A stretch of DNA of 64,000 bases. Source: Escherichia coli (GTDB lineage: Bacteria > Pseudomonadota > Gammaproteobacteria > Enterobacterales > Enterobacteriaceae). Under the pieces are notes generated by a model. It was given only the letters and a program-made list of their open reading frames with translations, was not told the origin of the DNA and did not search any database. The stretch lies in NCBI RefSeq assembly GCF_030384885.1, contig NZ_CP128613.1; one strand, written 5' to 3'. Both the position numbers and the translations under genes were made by a program. Positions 53,936 through 64,000 of this stretch are shown piece after piece. The first letter of the stretch is position 1. The number at the start of each line of letters is the position of its first letter.

Positions 53936-56071
53936 ATGAAATCAATGAATATTGCCGCCAGTAGTGAACTGGTATCCCGACTTTCTACTCATCGCCGCGT
54001 GGTGGCGTTGGGAGATACTGATTTTACGGACGTCGCGGCAGTCGTCATTACCGCTGCGGATAGCCGCAGTGGCATTCTTGCGTTGCTTAAGCGCACCGGT
54101 TTTCATCTACCGGTGTTTTTGTATTCCGAACATGTTGTTGAATTACCCGCGGGCGTTACGGCGGTAATCAACGGCAACGAGCAGCAGTGGCTGGAGCTGG
54201 AATCCGCAGCCTGTCAGTATGAAGAGAATTTGCTGCCACCGTTTTATGACACGCTGACGCAGTACGTTGAGATGGGCAACAGCACCTTTGCTTGCCCTGG
54301 GCATCAACATGGTGCGTTCTTTAAAAAGCATCCTGCTGGTCGTCATTTTTATGATTTCTTTGGCGAGAACGTCTTTCGTGCCGATATGTGTAACGCCGAC
54401 GTGAAACTGGGCGATTTGCTTATTCATGAAGGTTCGGCGAAGGATGCACAGAAATTCGCAGCCAAAGTCTTTCATGCCGATAAAACCTATTTTGTGCTGA
54501 ACGGCACATCGGCAGCGAATAAAGTGGTGACGAATGCGCTATTAACGCGTGGCGATCTGGTGCTCTTCGACCGTAACAACCATAAGTCGAATCATCATGG
54601 TGCGTTGATTCAGGCGGGGGCGACGCCGGTCTATCTGGAAGCTTCACGTAACCCGTTTGGTTTCATTGGCGGTATTGATGCGCACTGTTTTAATGAAGAG
54701 TATCTGCGCCAGCAAATTCGCGACGTTGCGCCAGAAAAAGCAGACCTGCCGCGTCCGTTTCGCCTGGCGATTATTCAGCTGGGAACCTATGACGGCACTG
54801 TCTATAACGCCCGACAGGTGGTCGATACCGTTGGGCATCTGTGTGATTACATTCTGTTTGATTCCGCGTGGGTCGGTTACGAACAGTTTATCCCGATGAT
54901 GGCAGATAGCTCGCCGCTGCTGTTAGAGCTTAACGAAAACGATCCGGGGATCTTTGTGACGCAGTCGGTGCATAAACAGCAGGCGGGCTTCTCGCAGACA
55001 TCGCAGATCCATAAAAAAGATAACCATATTCGCGGGCAGGCGCGTTTTTGCCCGCATAAGCGGTTAAATAATGCCTTTATGCTCCATGCTTCTACCAGCC
55101 CGTTCTATCCGCTGTTTGCCGCGCTGGACGTTAACGCCAAAATTCATGAAGGGGAGAGTGGGCGTCGGCTGTGGGCGGAGTGCGTTGCGTTGGGGATTGA
55201 AGCGCGCAAGGCGATTCTTGCGCGCTGTAAGCTGTTCCGCCCGTTTATTCCACCCGTTGTTGATGGCAAATTGTGGCAGGATTATCCGACGTCAGTGTTA
55301 GCCAGCGACCGTCGTTTTTTCAGTTTTGAGCCGGGGGCGAAGTGGCACGGCTTTGAAGGATATGCCGCGGAGCAGTATTTTGTCGATCCGTGTAAGCTGT
55401 TACTGACCACACCAGGTATTGATGCTGAAACCGGTGAATATAGCGACTTTGGCGTTCCGGCGACGATTCTGGCGCATTATCTGCGTGAGAACGGTATTGT
55501 GCCGGAGAAGTGCGATCTCAACTCCATTCTGTTCTTATTAACGCCGGCGGAAAGCCACGAGAAGCTGGCACAACTGGTGGCGATGCTGGCGCAGTTTGAA
55601 CAGCATATTGAGGATGACTCACCGCTGGCGGAGGTGTTGCCGAGCGTTTATAACAAATATCCGGTGCGCTATCGCGACTACACTTTGCGCCAGTTGTGTC
55701 AGGAGATGCATGATCTGTATGTCAGTTTCGACGTCAAAGACCTACAAAAAGCGATGTTCCGCCAGCAGAGTTTCCCGTCAGTGGTGATGAATCCCCAGGA
55801 TGCGCATAGCGCTTATATTCGCGGTGAAGTGGAGTTGGTGCGGATTCGTGATGCCGAAGGGCGAATTGCGGCAGAAGGGGCTTTGCCTTATCCCCCTGGC
55901 GTGCTTTGCGTGGTGCCTGGGGAAGTCTGGGGCGGGGCTGTCCAGCGTTATTTCCTTGCGCTGGAAGAAGGGGTGAATTTGCTGCCAGGTTTTTCACCGG
56001 AGCTGCAAGGTGTCTATAGCGAAACCGATTCGGATGGTATGAAACGGTTGTACGGGTATGTGTTGAAGTAA
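53936..56071 (+). CDS. speC: ornithine decarboxylase, constitutive
   Basis: Track ORF 53852..56071; start trimmed to MKSMNIAASSELVSRLSTHRRVVALGDTDF (711 aa). Confidence 0.96.
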   Translation: MKSMNIAASSELVSRLSTHRRVVALGDTDFTDVAAVVITAADSRSGILALLKRTGFHLPVFLYSEHVVELPAGVTAVINGNEQQWLELESAACQYEENLLPPFYDTLTQYVEMGNSTFACPGHQHGAFFKKHPAGRHFYDFFGENVFRADMCNADVKLGDLLIHEGSAKDAQKFAAKVFHADKTYFVLNGTSAANKVVTNALLTRGDLVLFDRNNHKSNHHGALIQAGATPVYLEASRNPFGFIGGIDAHCFNEEYLRQQIRDVAPEKADLPRPFRLAIIQLGTYDGTVYNARQVVDTVGHLCDYILFDSAWVGYEQFIPMMADSSPLLLELNENDPGIFVTQSVHKQQAGFSQTSQIHKKDNHIRGQARFCPHKRLNNAFMLHASTSPFYPLFAALDVNAKIHEGESGRRLWAECVALGIEARKAILARCKLFRPFIPPVVDGKLWQDYPTSVLASDRRFFSFEPGAKWHGFEGYAAEQYFVDPCKLLLTTPGIDAETGEYSDFGVPATILAHYLRENGIVPEKCDLNSILFLLTPAESHEKLAQLVAMLAQFEQHIEDDSPLAEVLPSVYNKYPVRYRDYTLRQLCQEMHDLYVSFDVKDLQKAMFRQQSFPSVVMNPQDAHSAYIRGEVELVRIRDAEGRIAAEGALPYPPGVLCVVPGEVWGGAVQRYFLALEEGVNLLPGFSPELQGVYSETDSDGMKRLYGYVLK

Positions 56072-56077
56072 GAATAA

Positions 56078-56112
56078 AAAAACGGGTCACCTTCTGGCGA
56101 CCCGTTTTTCTT
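56078..56112. terminator. hairpin between convergent speC and nupG (bidirectional terminator candidate)
   Basis: aaaaaaacgggtcacc ttct ggcgacccgtttttctt : stem flanked by A-run and T-run. Confidence 0.6.
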
Positions 56113-56119
56113 TGCGTAA

Positions 56120-57376
56120 TTAGTGGCTAACCGTCTGTGTGCCTGTCGGGACACGAACGTGTTTATATTTGAACATCGCCATGAACGCGAAGGCCAGAAT
56201 CACGGAGTAACCTGCGAAAATCAGCCATACGGTCTGCCAGTCGGTAATGCCGTTTTGGGTGTACATCTCAACCACTTTACCGCTCACGATGCCGCCGAGG
56301 ATACAGCCGAAGCCGTTAGTCATCATCAGGAACATCCCCTGCGCACTGGCGCGAATTGCCGGGCTAACTTCTTTTTCGACAAACACCGAACCAGAGATGT
56401 TGAAGAAGTCGAATGCGCAACCGTAAACGATCATCGACAGTACCAGCAGCACGGTACCGAACGGAGTCGGGTCGCCGTAAGCAAACAGCGCAAAACGCAG
56501 GATCCACGCCACGATACTGATCATCATTACGTTCTTAATACCGTAGCGGCTTAAGAAGAACGGGATGGTCAGAATGAACAGGGTTTCAGAGATCTGCGAA
56601 ATCGACATGATGATTGACGCATGCTGCACGATGAAGCTGCTGGCAAACATCGGATCTTTGTCGAAGCTGTGCAGGAAGGTATTACCGAACATGTTGGTAA
56701 TCTGCAGTTCCGCGCCCAGCAGCATTGAGAAGATGAAGAAGATTGCCATACGCTTGTTTTTAAACAGCGCGAATGCGTCGAGGCCCAGCAGGGTTGTCCA
56801 GCTCTGATTCGCTTGCTGTTTAGCAACCGGAATATGCGGCAGAGTCAGGGTAAACAGAACCAGAATGGCGGAAAGGGCTGCGCCAATATATAGCTGCATG
56901 TGGCTTAATTCGAAGCCGGACAGGCTCACCACCCACATTGCCATGATAAAGCCGATGGTGCCCCAGATACGGATTGGCGGGAAGTCAGTAACGATATCCA
57001 TCCCGGCATTTTGCAGGCGATAGTAAGAGATGGTGTTGATTAACCCAAGCGTTGGCATATAAGCAAACGAGTTAATCAATATCACAAGGAACATCGCTTC
57101 CGGCGTCGTGACCTGTGCTGCCATGAACAGCGTGATAGCGCCAATGGTGTGGCAAATGGCATATACCCATTTCGCACTTAACCATTTGTCGGCCACAATC
57201 CCCAGCAGCGCAGGCATAAAGACCGCGGCGATACCCAGTGAGCTATAAACTGCGCCAATAGAAGCACCGTCAAACTTCAGGGTAACAAACATATAGGAAC
57301 CGAGGGTCGTCAGCCAACTTCCCCACAGACAGAACTGCAGAAAAGAGAGGATTTTCAGCTGCAGCTTAAGATTCAT
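56120..57376 (-). CDS. nupG: nucleoside:H+ symporter
   Basis: Track ORF 56120..57424; start trimmed to MNLKLQLKILSFLQFCLWGSWLTTLGSYMF (418 aa). Confidence 0.95.
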   Translation of the reverse strand: MNLKLQLKILSFLQFCLWGSWLTTLGSYMFVTLKFDGASIGAVYSSLGIAAVFMPALLGIVADKWLSAKWVYAICHTIGAITLFMAAQVTTPEAMFLVILINSFAYMPTLGLINTISYYRLQNAGMDIVTDFPPIRIWGTIGFIMAMWVVSLSGFELSHMQLYIGAALSAILVLFTLTLPHIPVAKQQANQSWTTLLGLDAFALFKNKRMAIFFIFSMLLGAELQITNMFGNTFLHSFDKDPMFASSFIVQHASIIMSISQISETLFILTIPFFLSRYGIKNVMMISIVAWILRFALFAYGDPTPFGTVLLVLSMIVYGCAFDFFNISGSVFVEKEVSPAIRASAQGMFLMMTNGFGCILGGIVSGKVVEMYTQNGITDWQTVWLIFAGYSVILAFAFMAMFKYKHVRVPTGTQTVSH

Positions 57377-57577
57377 GTTAATTTCCTCACATCGTGATGC
57401 GGATGAGTGTTTGAAAAAGCACATTTGACCGTGCGAGATGATGCGATTCTATCAACTTCGCAGACTGGTTTTTTGTTACCTGTGGCAAATAATTGCAAAC
57501 ATTCCCAATTTGCAAAACGAAATTGTGATGTGGATAGCATTTTTGCCCCTGAGCATCGTCAGGGGCGGTAAGTGGAA

Positions 57578-58684
<1,107 letters not shown>

Positions 58685-58721
58685 TTATGCAAGTTGCCGG
58701 AGACGTGCTCCGGCACTGTTT

Positions 58722-59000
<279 letters not shown>

Positions 59001-59024
59001 TCATCCTCTTTATCGACTCACGCG

Positions 59025-60077
59025 CTAAACCGGCGCGCCAGTGCGTAACTGCTGTAACAAACGCTCCACGGGAGCCGCCAGGCCAACTGACGGCGGTTGC
59101 GCTAAGTTATACCAGAGCGCATTGCCTTCATCCATGCAGCCGGTGAATGACGACACGGGAAGCCACATAGGCACAATATCTAAGTGGAAATGGCTGAAGG
59201 TATGGCGAAACGCGGTCAGCTGCGTCAGGTTATCGGCAGCAATCTGCCGTTGCGCCAGCCATTGCCGCAAACTTTCTTCATCGGCAAACTGCGGGAAACA
59301 GTATAAACCGCCCCACAATCCGCTCGGCGGACGCTGCGCCAGAAATACTTCATCTTTGTGCTGTAACAGCAGAAAGTAGCCGGTGCGCTCCGGTAGCGTC
59401 TGTTTCGGTTTTTTGCCCGGATAAAGCGACCAGCTATTGTTGGCGGCGGCAATACATCCGTTTTGTAGCGGACAGAGCGAACATTTCGGTTTCGAACGCG
59501 TACAAATCATCGCGCCCAAATCCATCATCGCCTGGTTAAACCGTTCCACGCCAACCGCGGGCGTCACCTGCTCGCTTAAACTCCATAGTTTGTTCTCGAC
59601 CTCTTTTTTCCCAGGCCAGCCGCTTACAGCATAGCAGCGCGCCAGCACCCGTTTGACGTTACCGTCGAGAATCGGAAAGTGCTTACCCAGAGAAAGCGAG
59701 AGAATCGCGCCTGCGGTGGAACGCCCGACGCCCGGCAGTGCTGCAACTTCCTCAAAGGTTTCCGGGAATTTACCGCCGTGTAAGGCCGCCACTTGTTGTG
59801 CCGCTTTATGTAGGTTGCGCGCGCGGGCGTAATAGCCAAGCCCGGTCCACAAGTGGAGAACTTCGTCCAGCGGCGCATTGGCGAGATCGGTCACCGTCGG
59901 GAAGCGCGCCATAAAGCGTTCAAAATAGGGGATAACGGTCGCAACCTGAGTTTGTTGCAACATCACTTCTGAGAGCCATACTTTGTAGGGCGTCTTGTCA
60001 ATTTGCCAGGGCAGAGATTTTCGCCCGTATTTATCGTACCAGTCCAGAACCTGGGCTGAAAATTGCGACGCTTGCAT
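59025..60077 (-). CDS. mutY: adenine DNA glycosylase
   Basis: Track ORF 59025..60107; start trimmed to [20 protein letters not shown] (350 aa); [4Fe-4S] Cys cluster [17 protein letters not shown]. Confidence 0.96.
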   Translation of the reverse strand: MQASQFSAQVLDWYDKYGRKSLPWQIDKTPYKVWLSEVMLQQTQVATVIPYFERFMARFPTVTDLANAPLDEVLHLWTGLGYYARARNLHKAAQQVAALHGGKFPETFEEVAALPGVGRSTAGAILSLSLGKHFPILDGNVKRVLARCYAVSGWPGKKEVENKLWSLSEQVTPAVGVERFNQAMMDLGAMICTRSKPKCSLCPLQNGCIAAANNSWSLYPGKKPKQTLPERTGYFLLLQHKDEVFLAQRPPSGLWGGLYCFPQFADEESLRQWLAQRQIAADNLTQLTAFRHTFSHFHLDIVPMWLPVSSFTGCMDEGNALWYNLAQPPSVGLAAPVERLLQQLRTGAPV

Positions 60078-60237
60078 GGTCACCGAATTCACTGTTGTTG
60101 GGGGCAAGATTGCAGCACAGCGACGGCAGGGTGTAAACCGGAACTTTCCGCAGCCACGGCCTTATCATGCTTGCATCCGGCAACTAACTTTGGATAATGC
60201 CCGTTTTCAGAACACTTTCACAAGCGACTAAATCTTT

Positions 60238-60957
60238 ATGAAAAACGACGTCATCTCACCGGAATTTGATGAAAACGGCCGCCCACTGCGCCGTATCCGT
60301 AGTTTTGTGCGCCGCCAGGGGCGACTGACCAAAGGCCAGGAACATGCGCTGGAAAACTACTGGCCGGTGATGGGCGTTGAGTTCAGCGAAGATATGCTGG
60401 ATTTCCCTGCGCTTTTTGGCCGTGAAGCGCCGGTGACGCTTGAGATTGGTTTTGGCATGGGGGCGTCGCTGGTGGCAATGGCTAAAGATCGCCCTGAGCA
60501 GGACTTCCTCGGCATTGAAGTGCATTCACCAGGCGTTGGTGCGTGCCTGGCTTCTGCGCATGAAGAAGGCTTAAGCAACCTGCGCGTGATGTGTCATGAT
60601 GCGGTTGAAGTGCTACACAAAATGATTCCTGACAATTCATTGCGCATGGTGCAGCTCTTTTTCCCTGACCCGTGGCACAAAGCGCGCCATAATAAACGCC
60701 GTATCGTTCAGGTGCCGTTTGCCGAACTGGTAAAAAGCAAACTGCAACTGGGTGGCGTATTCCATATGGCGACCGACTGGGAACCTTATGCGGAACATAT
60801 GCTTGAAGTGATGTCTTCTATTGACGGTTATAAAAACCTGTCAGAGAGCAATGATTACGTACCGCGTCCGGCATCACGTCCGGTGACGAAATTTGAACAA
60901 CGTGGTCATCGTCTTGGTCACGGAGTATGGGACTTAATGTTCGAGAGGGTGAAATAA
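60238..60957 (+). CDS. trmB: tRNA (guanine-N7)-methyltransferase
   Basis: Track ORF 239 aa [43 protein letters not shown]... Confidence 0.95.
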   Translation: MKNDVISPEFDENGRPLRRIRSFVRRQGRLTKGQEHALENYWPVMGVEFSEDMLDFPALFGREAPVTLEIGFGMGASLVAMAKDRPEQDFLGIEVHSPGVGACLASAHEEGLSNLRVMCHDAVEVLHKMIPDNSLRMVQLFFPDPWHKARHNKRRIVQVPFAELVKSKLQLGGVFHMATDWEPYAEHMLEVMSSIDGYKNLSESNDYVPRPASRPVTKFEQRGHRLGHGVWDLMFERVK

Positions 60958-61283
60958 TGGCAAAGAACCGTAGCCGTCGTCTGCGTAAAAAAATGCACAT
61001 CGACGAATTCCAGGAATTAGGATTTTCGGTGGCATGGCGATTCCCGGAAGGTACATCGGAAGAACAGATTGATAAAACCGTTGATGACTTTATTAACGAG
61101 GTTATCGAACCGAACAAACTGGCCTTTGACGGCAGCGGTTATCTGGCCTGGGAAGGTCTGATCTGCATGCAGGAAATCGGCAAATGCACCGAAGAACATC
61201 AGGCGATTGTGCGTAAGTGGCTGGAAGAGCGCAAACTGGATGAGGTACGCACCAGCGAACTTTTCGACGTTTGGTGGGACTAA
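60957..61283 (+). CDS. yggL: DUF469 protein YggL
   Basis: Track ORF 60927..61283; start trimmed to [23 protein letters not shown] (108 aa); TAATG overlap with trmB. Confidence 0.9.
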   Translation: MAKNRSRRLRKKMHIDEFQELGFSVAWRFPEGTSEEQIDKTVDDFINEVIEPNKLAFDGSGYLAWEGLICMQEIGKCTEEHQAIVRKWLEERKLDEVRTSELFDVWWD

Positions 61284-61296
61284 GAAAGCATACGGG

Positions 61297-61405
<109 letters not shown>

Positions 61406-61466
61406 GTACTTTGTTATCAATCTGGGGCCAGCAAATGCTGGCCTGATTTGTTCTTGAGGGAAGACT

Positions 61467-62186
61467 ATGATGCGCAAAATGCTGCTGGCGGCAGCACTTT
61501 CAGTGACGGCGATGACCGCTCACGCCGACTACCAGTGCAGCGTCACGCCGCGTGACGATGTGATTGTCAGCCCGCAAACCGTGCAGGTGAAGGGCGAAAA
61601 CGGCAATCTGGTGATCACGCCAGACGGCAACGTGATGTATAACGGTAAGCAATATGCCCTGAACGCCGCCCAGCGCGAGCAGGCGAAGGATTATCAGGCT
61701 GAACTGCGTAGCACGCTGCCGTGGATTGATGAAGGCGCGAAAAGCCGCGTCGAGAAAGCCCGTATTGCGCTGGATAAAATTATCGTTCAGGAGATGGGCG
61801 AAAGCAGCAAAATGCGCAGCCGTCTGACCAAACTTGATGCGCAGCTGAAAGAGCAGATGAACCGCATTATCGAAACGCGCAGCGATGGCCTGACGTTCCA
61901 CTATAAAGCCATTGATCAGGTTCGCGCCGAAGGCCAGCAATTAGTGAATCAGGCAATGGGCGGAATTTTACAGGACAGCATTAATGAAATGGGCGCGAAA
62001 GCGGTGCTGAAAAGCGGTGGTAACCCATTACAGAATGTGCTGGGAAGCCTGGGCGGTCTGCAATCCTCAATCCAGACCGAATGGAAAAAGCAGGAAAAAG
62101 ACTTCCAGCAGTTTGGCAAAGATGTCTGTAGCCGCGTTGTGACTCTGGAAGATAGCCGCAAAGCCCTGGTCGGGAATTTAAAATAA
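61467..62186 (+). CDS. yggN: DUF2884 periplasmic protein
   Basis: Track ORF 239 aa MMRKMLLAAALSVTAMTAHADYQCSVTPRDD... Confidence 0.9.
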   Translation: MMRKMLLAAALSVTAMTAHADYQCSVTPRDDVIVSPQTVQVKGENGNLVITPDGNVMYNGKQYALNAAQREQAKDYQAELRSTLPWIDEGAKSRVEKARIALDKIIVQEMGESSKMRSRLTKLDAQLKEQMNRIIETRSDGLTFHYKAIDQVRAEGQQLVNQAMGGILQDSINEMGAKAVLKSGGNPLQNVLGSLGGLQSSIQTEWKKQEKDFQQFGKDVCSRVVTLEDSRKALVGNLK

Positions 62187-62361
62187 TCCTCTATTTTAAG
62201 ACGGCATAATACTTTTTTATGCCGTTTAATTCTTCGTTTTGTTACCTGCCTCTAACTTTGTAGATCTCCAAAATATATTCACGTTGTAAATTGTTTAACG
62301 TCAAATTTCCCATACAAAGCTAAGGGATAATGCGTAGCGTTCACGTAACTGGAGGAATGAA

Positions 62362-63408
62362 ATGGAGTTTTTCAAAAAGACGGCACTTGCCGCACTGGTT
62401 ATGGGTTTTAGTGGTGCAGCATTGGCATTACCCAATATCACCATTTTAGCAACCGGCGGGACCATTGCCGGTGGTGGTGACTCCGCAACCAAATCTAACT
62501 ACACAGCGGGTAAAGTTGGCGTAGAAAATCTGGTTAATGCGGTGCCGCAACTGAAGGACATTGCGAACGTTAAAGGCGAGCAGGTAGTGAATATCGGCTC
62601 CCAGGACATGAACGATAATGTCTGGCTGACACTGGCGAAAAAAATTAACACCGACTGCGATAAAACCGACGGCTTCGTCATTACTCACGGTACCGACACG
62701 ATGGAAGAAACCGCTTACTTCCTCGACCTGACGGTGAAATGCGACAAACCGGTGGTGATGGTCGGCGCAATGCGCCCGTCCACGTCCATGAGCGCAGACG
62801 GTCCATTCAACCTGTATAACGCGGTAGTGACCGCAGCTGATAAAGCCTCCGCTAATCGTGGCGTGCTGGTGGTGATGAACGACACCGTACTGGACGGTCG
62901 CGATGTCACCAAAACCAACACCACCGACGTAGCGACCTTCAAGTCTGTTAACTACGGTCCTCTGGGTTACATTCACAACGGTAAGATTGACTACCAACGT
63001 ACCCCGGCACGTAAGCATACCAGCGACACGCCGTTCGATGTCTCTAAGCTGAATGAACTGCCGAAAGTCGGCATCGTTTATAACTACGCTAACGCATCCG
63101 ATCTTCCGGCTAAAGCACTGGTAGATGCGGGCTATGATGGCATCGTCAGCGCTGGTGTGGGTAACGGTAACCTGTATAAATCCGTGTTCGACACTCTGGC
63201 GACCGCCGCGAAAAACGGCACTGCAGTAGTGCGTTCTTCCCGCGTACCGACGGGCGCTACCACTCAGGATGCCGAAGTGGATGATGCGAAATATGGCTTC
63301 GTGGCCTCTGGCACGCTGAACCCGCAAAAAGCGCGCGTTCTGCTGCAACTGGCTCTGACGCAAACCAAAGATCCGCAGCAGATCCAGCAGCTCTTCAATC
63401 AGTACTAA
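62362..63408 (+). CDS. ansB: L-asparaginase 2 (periplasmic)
   Basis: Track ORF 348 aa MEFFKKTALAALVMGFSGAALALPNITILATGGTIAGGG... Confidence 0.97.
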   Translation: MEFFKKTALAALVMGFSGAALALPNITILATGGTIAGGGDSATKSNYTAGKVGVENLVNAVPQLKDIANVKGEQVVNIGSQDMNDNVWLTLAKKINTDCDKTDGFVITHGTDTMEETAYFLDLTVKCDKPVVMVGAMRPSTSMSADGPFNLYNAVVTAADKASANRGVLVVMNDTVLDGRDVTKTNTTDVATFKSVNYGPLGYIHNGKIDYQRTPARKHTSDTPFDVSKLNELPKVGIVYNYANASDLPAKALVDAGYDGIVSAGVGNGNLYKSVFDTLATAAKNGTAVVRSSRVPTGATTQDAEVDDAKYGFVASGTLNPQKARVLLQLALTQTKDPQQIQQLFNQY

Positions 63409-63416
63409 TCACCTCG

Positions 63417-63441
63417 CCCCGGTATCGTGCCGGGGTTTTTC
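63417..63441 (+). terminator. rho-independent terminator of ansB
   Basis: ccccggtatcgtgccgggg followed by ttttt. Confidence 0.75.
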
Positions 63442-63523
63442 ACTTCAGACTCACGTCCATTGCCAATTTTCATCACCCTAATGATAATCACCGGAATAAA
63501 TTATTCCGCGCGAGGGTTTTCGG

Positions 63524-64000
63524 GTGAAAAAGCAATGGATTGTTGGCACGGCGCTGCTTATGTTGATAACTGGTAATGCCTGGGCAGATGGCGAACCGCC
63601 AACTGAAAATATCTTAAAAGATCAATTCAAAAAGCAGTATCACGGCATTCTCAAGCTTGATGCCATCAGCTTAAAAAATCTTGATGCTAAGGGTAATCAG
63701 GCCACCTGGTCAGCGGAAGGCGATGTCTCTTCCAGTGACGATCTCTATACCTGGGTCGGTCAGTTGGCAGATTACGAACTGCTCGAACAGACCTGGACGA
63801 AAGATAAACCGGTAAAATTCTCGGCGATGTTAACCAGTAAAGGAACGCCCGCGTCTGGCTGGTCGGTGAACTTTTACTCTTTTCAGGCGGCAGCCAGCGA
63901 TCGTGGGCGGGTGGTCGACGATATCAAAACGAATAATAAATATCTGATCGTGAATAGCGAAGATTTCAATTATCGCTTTAGTCAGCTTGAATCAGCGTTG
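63524..64000 (+). CDS. yggM: DUF1202 protein, 5' part (GTG start), runs off window end
   Basis: Manual translation VKKQWIVGTALLMLITGNAWADGEPPTENILKDQFKKQYHGILKLDAISLKNLD...; no stop before 64000. Confidence 0.8.
   Translation, partial: MKKQWIVGTALLMLITGNAWADGEPPTENILKDQFKKQYHGILKLDAISLKNLDAKGNQATWSAEGDVSSSDDLYTWVGQLADYELLEQTWTKDKPVKFSAMLTSKGTPASGWSVNFYSFQAAASDRGRVVDDIKTNNKYLIVNSEDFNYRFSQLESAL

Overview
This window is an Escherichia coli chromosomal segment, not K-12, covering the yqhG/dkgA to ansB/yggM region in inverted orientation relative to the K-12 map. All identifications are by reading the six-frame translations and recalling known E. coli proteins; no database search was run. Most of the window is conserved core genes: the yqhC-yqhD-dkgA aldehyde module, metC, exbBD, the complete hybOABCDEFG hydrogenase-2 operon, gss, pitB, the glcC/glcDEFGBA glycolate locus, speC, nupG, mltC, mutY, trmB and ansB. 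Three regions stand out. (1) Between yghQ and yghO lies an ~8 kb accessory module (27327-35015). It encodes a hypothetical protein, a YtfJ-like periplasmic protein and an LptF/LptG-like permease pair, convergent with a translationally coupled operon of fatty-acyl-AMP ligase, SDR reductase, acyl carrier protein and a serine-palmitoyltransferase-like alpha-oxoamine synthase, with a full-length YghO diverging from it. This gene set matches the bacterial ceramide/sphingolipid pathway architecture and is the most likely candidate for an uncharacterised system. (2) The sslE(yghJ)/type II secretion beta locus is decayed by at least three lesions. (3) A ~1.26 kb IS3-family element sits just downstream of pheV. 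CDS coordinates are anchored on the ORF track; non-CDS coordinates were hand-counted and may be off by 1-2 nt.
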